Sequence record: OZ335956.1
Direction: 5' to 3' (one strand)
From: a phage
DNA: 49,912 bases
The notes below the pieces were generated by a model. That model was not told where the DNA came from. It did not search any database and worked only from the letters and a program-made list of their open reading frames with translations. Made by a program: the position numbers and the translations under genes. Shown in pieces: positions 47,557 to 49,912 of the stretch. Numbering within the stretch: the stretch's first letter is position 1; the number at the start of each line of letters is the position of its first letter.

Positions 47557-47766
47557 ATGATGGTATCAACTGATAAGCTTTTCACTTGCACTAAAACTTC
47601 TGAAGTATTCGAACTTATCCATACTGATGATGGCGATTTCATGTATGACGGTTGCGACGCTTTCATTGAAGTGAAAGAAAGTGACTATGACGAAGGCGTT
47701 TATTATAATCCGGCAGTGAGCACTCAGTTTTTTACACCGATCGAAGAAGAAGGAGAAGGGGCATGA
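47557..47766 (+). CDS. hypothetical early protein
   Basis: 69 aa, acidic. Confidence 0.5.
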   Translation: MMVSTDKLFTCTKTSEVFELIHTDDGDFMYDGCDAFIEVKESDYDEGVYYNPAVSTQFFTPIEEEGEGA

Positions 47767-48110
47767 TTACGATTAACCTGTCAGAGAAGCAAGCTCGTGA
47801 AATACTTGATGCTATTGGCGATCAATTACACGTAAAGGGTGCTGCGGCTGAATTGCTAAACCAGATCGACAAACAACTAACTCCAATATCGACGAATCAA
47901 GCTGAGTTTGCAGTCTGGAAAAGTGAGCGAATCTTGCCAAATATTATCAAGGCGTGGAAGCGCAAGCATAAAAAGCAGGTTAACGTAGAGGAATTATTTA
48001 CCGATGAATTAAGTCCTGCTAAGGTTGCTCAGTACCAGTTGCGATACATGGAGTCGGTTTGTAATCAGGTTTTAGGTTTGGATATAAAAATGGTAAAAGG
48101 TGATAAATAA
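47763..48110 (+). CDS. hypothetical early protein
   Basis: 115 aa, RBS GAAGGAGAAGG. Confidence 0.5.
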   Translation: MITINLSEKQAREILDAIGDQLHVKGAAAELLNQIDKQLTPISTNQAEFAVWKSERILPNIIKAWKRKHKKQVNVEELFTDELSPAKVAQYQLRYMESVCNQVLGLDIKMVKGDK

Positions 48111-48340
48111 TGTTCGGTTTAAGTGAAGCGGAATGGAATGTAGTAAAGCGTGCGGCTAAAGAACTAAATAAATTCGTCAGTGGCATGAAGAAAGAAGACC
48201 GTAAAAACGACAAGATCATGATTGACGTGATTTCTACTCATCACAAAAAGGTCGAGCTACTAATTGACCGTTACAAGTTTGTATGGACCGCCGGGTATAT
48301 TGCCGGGCGCGTAGGCAACAAAGAAGGGGATTACGAGTAA
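48110..48340 (+). CDS. hypothetical early protein
   Basis: 76 aa, RBS AAGGTGA. Confidence 0.5.
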   Translation: MFGLSEAEWNVVKRAAKELNKFVSGMKKEDRKNDKIMIDVISTHHKKVELLIDRYKFVWTAGYIAGRVGNKEGDYE

Positions 48341-48543
48341 TGGATAATTTACCAAAGAAAGGCAATCAGGTTCGATGCATCACTTCACGCAATGGTGATG
48401 CTTTCTCGGCGGGATGTTTGTACGACGTTGAAAAAGTCAGTAAAGCTAAGAGACTCGTATATGTGTACGGAGATGATGGAAACATGCATGAGATTGATTA
48501 CCCGCAGGATATGAGTAAGGGTCAGTTTGAAATTAATGATTGA
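48340..48543 (+). CDS. hypothetical early protein
   Basis: ATG 48340 with RBS GAAGGGGA; 67 aa. Confidence 0.5.
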   Translation: MDNLPKKGNQVRCITSRNGDAFSAGCLYDVEKVSKAKRLVYVYGDDGNMHEIDYPQDMSKGQFEIND

Positions 48544-48569
48544 CCTACATCCCTGAGCGGTGATAGTAT
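48540..48569 (+). promoter_or_regulatory. sigma70-like promoter
   Basis: TTGACC, 18-nt spacer, TAGTAT; -35 overlaps the stop of the preceding ORF. Confidence 0.45.
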
Positions 48570-48707
48570 TAATCCCGTAGACAGACGAGGCGCAACGAAG
48601 CGCAACGCGTGAGACGATTCTCACTCTTCCAGCTAACAAGCTCGGTTGCATAGTGGTTAAGCAACGCCGCAGACCCGTAAGCGGCAACAATTCAAGAGGA
48701 TTGCATA

Positions 48708-48869
48708 ATGCAAAACACTAAAGACGAATCAGTCAAAATTGAAATTAAAGTAACTCGCAACGGCAAAACCACTCGTTATAAGAAACGTTTGAATCCGGGC
48801 GAGGCTGTTATTGGTCGCATTTCTGGCGTTATGATTAAGGCGCAGGAAGATGAAGCGATTCAAAGTTAA
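48708..48869 (+). CDS. small hypothetical protein (53 aa, below track cutoff)
   Basis: ATG 48708 with RBS AAGAGGA downstream of a structured ~140-nt leader. Confidence 0.4.
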   Translation: MQNTKDESVKIEIKVTRNGKTTRYKKRLNPGEAVIGRISGVMIKAQEDEAIQS

Positions 48870-49035
48870 ATTAATCATTCGAAAGATGGGGATGTTTTGC
48901 CAGTCGTGCAAGCAATCTTTCGAAACTGAATTATCAGCAACCAGTCAGGAAGAGGCCATCACGAAAGCTAAGAAACTTTCTGGAGCCAATCTTGACACTC
49001 ACAAAATAAACATTGAATTAATAAAGGAGATTTAA
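48850..49035 (+). CDS. hypothetical protein (start uncertain)
   Basis: 61-aa ORF overlapping previous small ORF; contains CxxC pair; alternative ATG at 48886. Confidence 0.35.
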   Translation: MKRFKVKLIIRKMGMFCQSCKQSFETELSATSQEEAITKAKKLSGANLDTHKINIELIKEI

Positions 49036-49036
49036 T

Positions 49037-49264
49037 ATGACCATTTTTTTATCGATTCTTGCTGGTGTCGTTATTTTTGGTGCTGGTTTGTTTGCTGGCT
49101 TCGCACTTGTTGCGGCCGCAATTGCGATGGACGCGAAGGATAAGACTGGCGTATGGCTGACCTACTCACCTAAGAAGGACCAATGGGAAATGTTTGGCGA
49201 CTTTGCTCACTGCTACTCTAAAGCTCAGACCCACCCTAAAGGAATTAAGCGACGATTGTCGTGA
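49037..49264 (+). CDS. small membrane protein
   Basis: RBS AAGGAGA; N-terminal transmembrane helix (IFLSILAGVVIFGAGLFAGFALVAAAIA). Confidence 0.5.
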   Translation: MTIFLSILAGVVIFGAGLFAGFALVAAAIAMDAKDKTGVWLTYSPKKDQWEMFGDFAHCYSKAQTHPKGIKRRLS

Positions 49265-49271
49265 TAAACAC

Positions 49272-49297
49272 TAACCCGCTTCGGCGGGTTTTTTTAT
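49272..49297 (+). terminator. rho-independent terminator
   Basis: CCCGCTTCGGCGGG hairpin followed by T8. Confidence 0.65.
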
Positions 49298-49315
49298 GCC
49301 TGCAATATGGTAAAA

Positions 49316-49330
49316 TAGCACTAAATGTTA
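49316..49330. promoter_or_regulatory. palindromic motif site
   Basis: tagcactaaatgtta directly upstream of terminase small subunit RBS. Confidence 0.5.
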
Positions 49331-49348
49331 AACAAAGAGGATGTATTT

Positions 49349-49873
49349 ATGAGTGAACCTAAGAATGCTCCCGTAGTCCAGGGAGGTAATTTCAAAGAGC
49401 TATACAAGAAAAAGTTCGGCACTGTTCTTGCGAAGAACCGGGCAATGACGCCTGAGCAATTATTCGATCTATCAGTGAAGTACTTTGAATGGGCCGAAGA
49501 TAATGCGATTAAGGCGTCTGAGTCTGCCAGCTTCCAGGGTGGCGTTTACGAGTCACTTGTTCATAAACCTCGCGTCTTCACCTGGACCGGATACCGACTA
49601 TTCATCGGCGCAAGCGAGGCCGCGATCATTAAATGGAAGCGCGAGGAGGAATACAGTGAGGTTATGGAGTTCGTGGAATCCGTAATCAACGAGCAAAAAT
49701 TCCAACTTGCCGCCAACGGTGTTATTAACGCCTCCTTTATCGGTAAGGATTTAGGGATCGATAAGCCAGCTTCAATCAATATCGAAAACTCGGCAGCTTC
49801 CGCGTCGACCGCCGTCGCCACTACTGAGGACGCAATGAAAGAGGCAGTAAACAGCATTCTTGATATGCTTTAA
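49349..49873 (+). CDS. terminase small subunit (putative)
   Basis: ATG 49349 with RBS AAAGAGGA; 174 aa; immediately upstream of large terminase when the window is circularised. Confidence 0.55.
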   Translation: MSEPKNAPVVQGGNFKELYKKKFGTVLAKNRAMTPEQLFDLSVKYFEWAEDNAIKASESASFQGGVYESLVHKPRVFTWTGYRLFIGASEAAIIKWKREEEYSEVMEFVESVINEQKFQLAANGVINASFIGKDLGIDKPASINIENSAASASTAVATTEDAMKEAVNSILDML

Positions 49874-49912
49874 CGTTACGGGCGTGCAAGCGCCCATACA
49901 GGAGACTTGATT

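Noticed and set aside
1-49912. tRNA genes, CRISPR arrays, integrase or CI-like lysogeny genes
   Set aside because: No tRNA-like T-arm/acceptor signatures, no regularly spaced direct repeats with unique spacers, and no recombinase- or repressor-like ORFs were seen; the element looks strictly virulent
49874-49912. GC-rich inverted repeat (GGGCGTGCAAGCGCCC) after the small terminase gene as a terminator
   Set aside because: No U-run follows and it lies in the short terS-terL junction where read-through is expected; more likely a structured intergenic spacer

Overview
The window reads as a complete, circularly permuted genome (~49.9 kb) of a virulent T1-like siphophage of enterobacteria (Drexlerviridae-type layout), opened at the start of the large terminase gene and ending just after the small terminase gene. 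No integrase, CI-like repressor, tRNA or CRISPR array was found. All calls rest on reading the sequence and the supplied ORF track by eye; no database search or folding was run. Layout: packaging, head and tail genes on the + strand (1-19530); a receptor-binding locus on the - strand (19558-20824); a recombination module (exonuclease, ERF annealing protein, SSB); a lateral tail fiber, primase, helicase, VRR-NUC nuclease and Dam methylase; a lysis cassette (holin, endolysin, unimolecular spanin); a leftward block of small early genes (34086-39539) and a rightward block (40227-49264). The most notable features are: (1) a palindromic motif TAGCA-N5-TGCTA present about 23 times in intergenic positions; (2) in the early regions this motif heads a repeated ~80-bp module of motif, variable hairpin around a TATAGT-like -10, and conserved leader ending in the RBS; (3) a perfect 77-bp tandem duplication that frameshifts the putative receptor-binding protein gene next to a superinfection-exclusion-like lipoprotein gene; (4) a small acidic protein ending in an SSB-tail-like DEDYIPW; (5) a compact C5-methyltransferase-like gene in addition to Dam; (6) a -1 slippery site (A_AAA_AAC) in the tail assembly chaperone; (7) two AT-rich divergent control regions sharing a 17-mer. 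Start codons were adjusted from the track where an RBS-supported internal ATG/GTG was evident.
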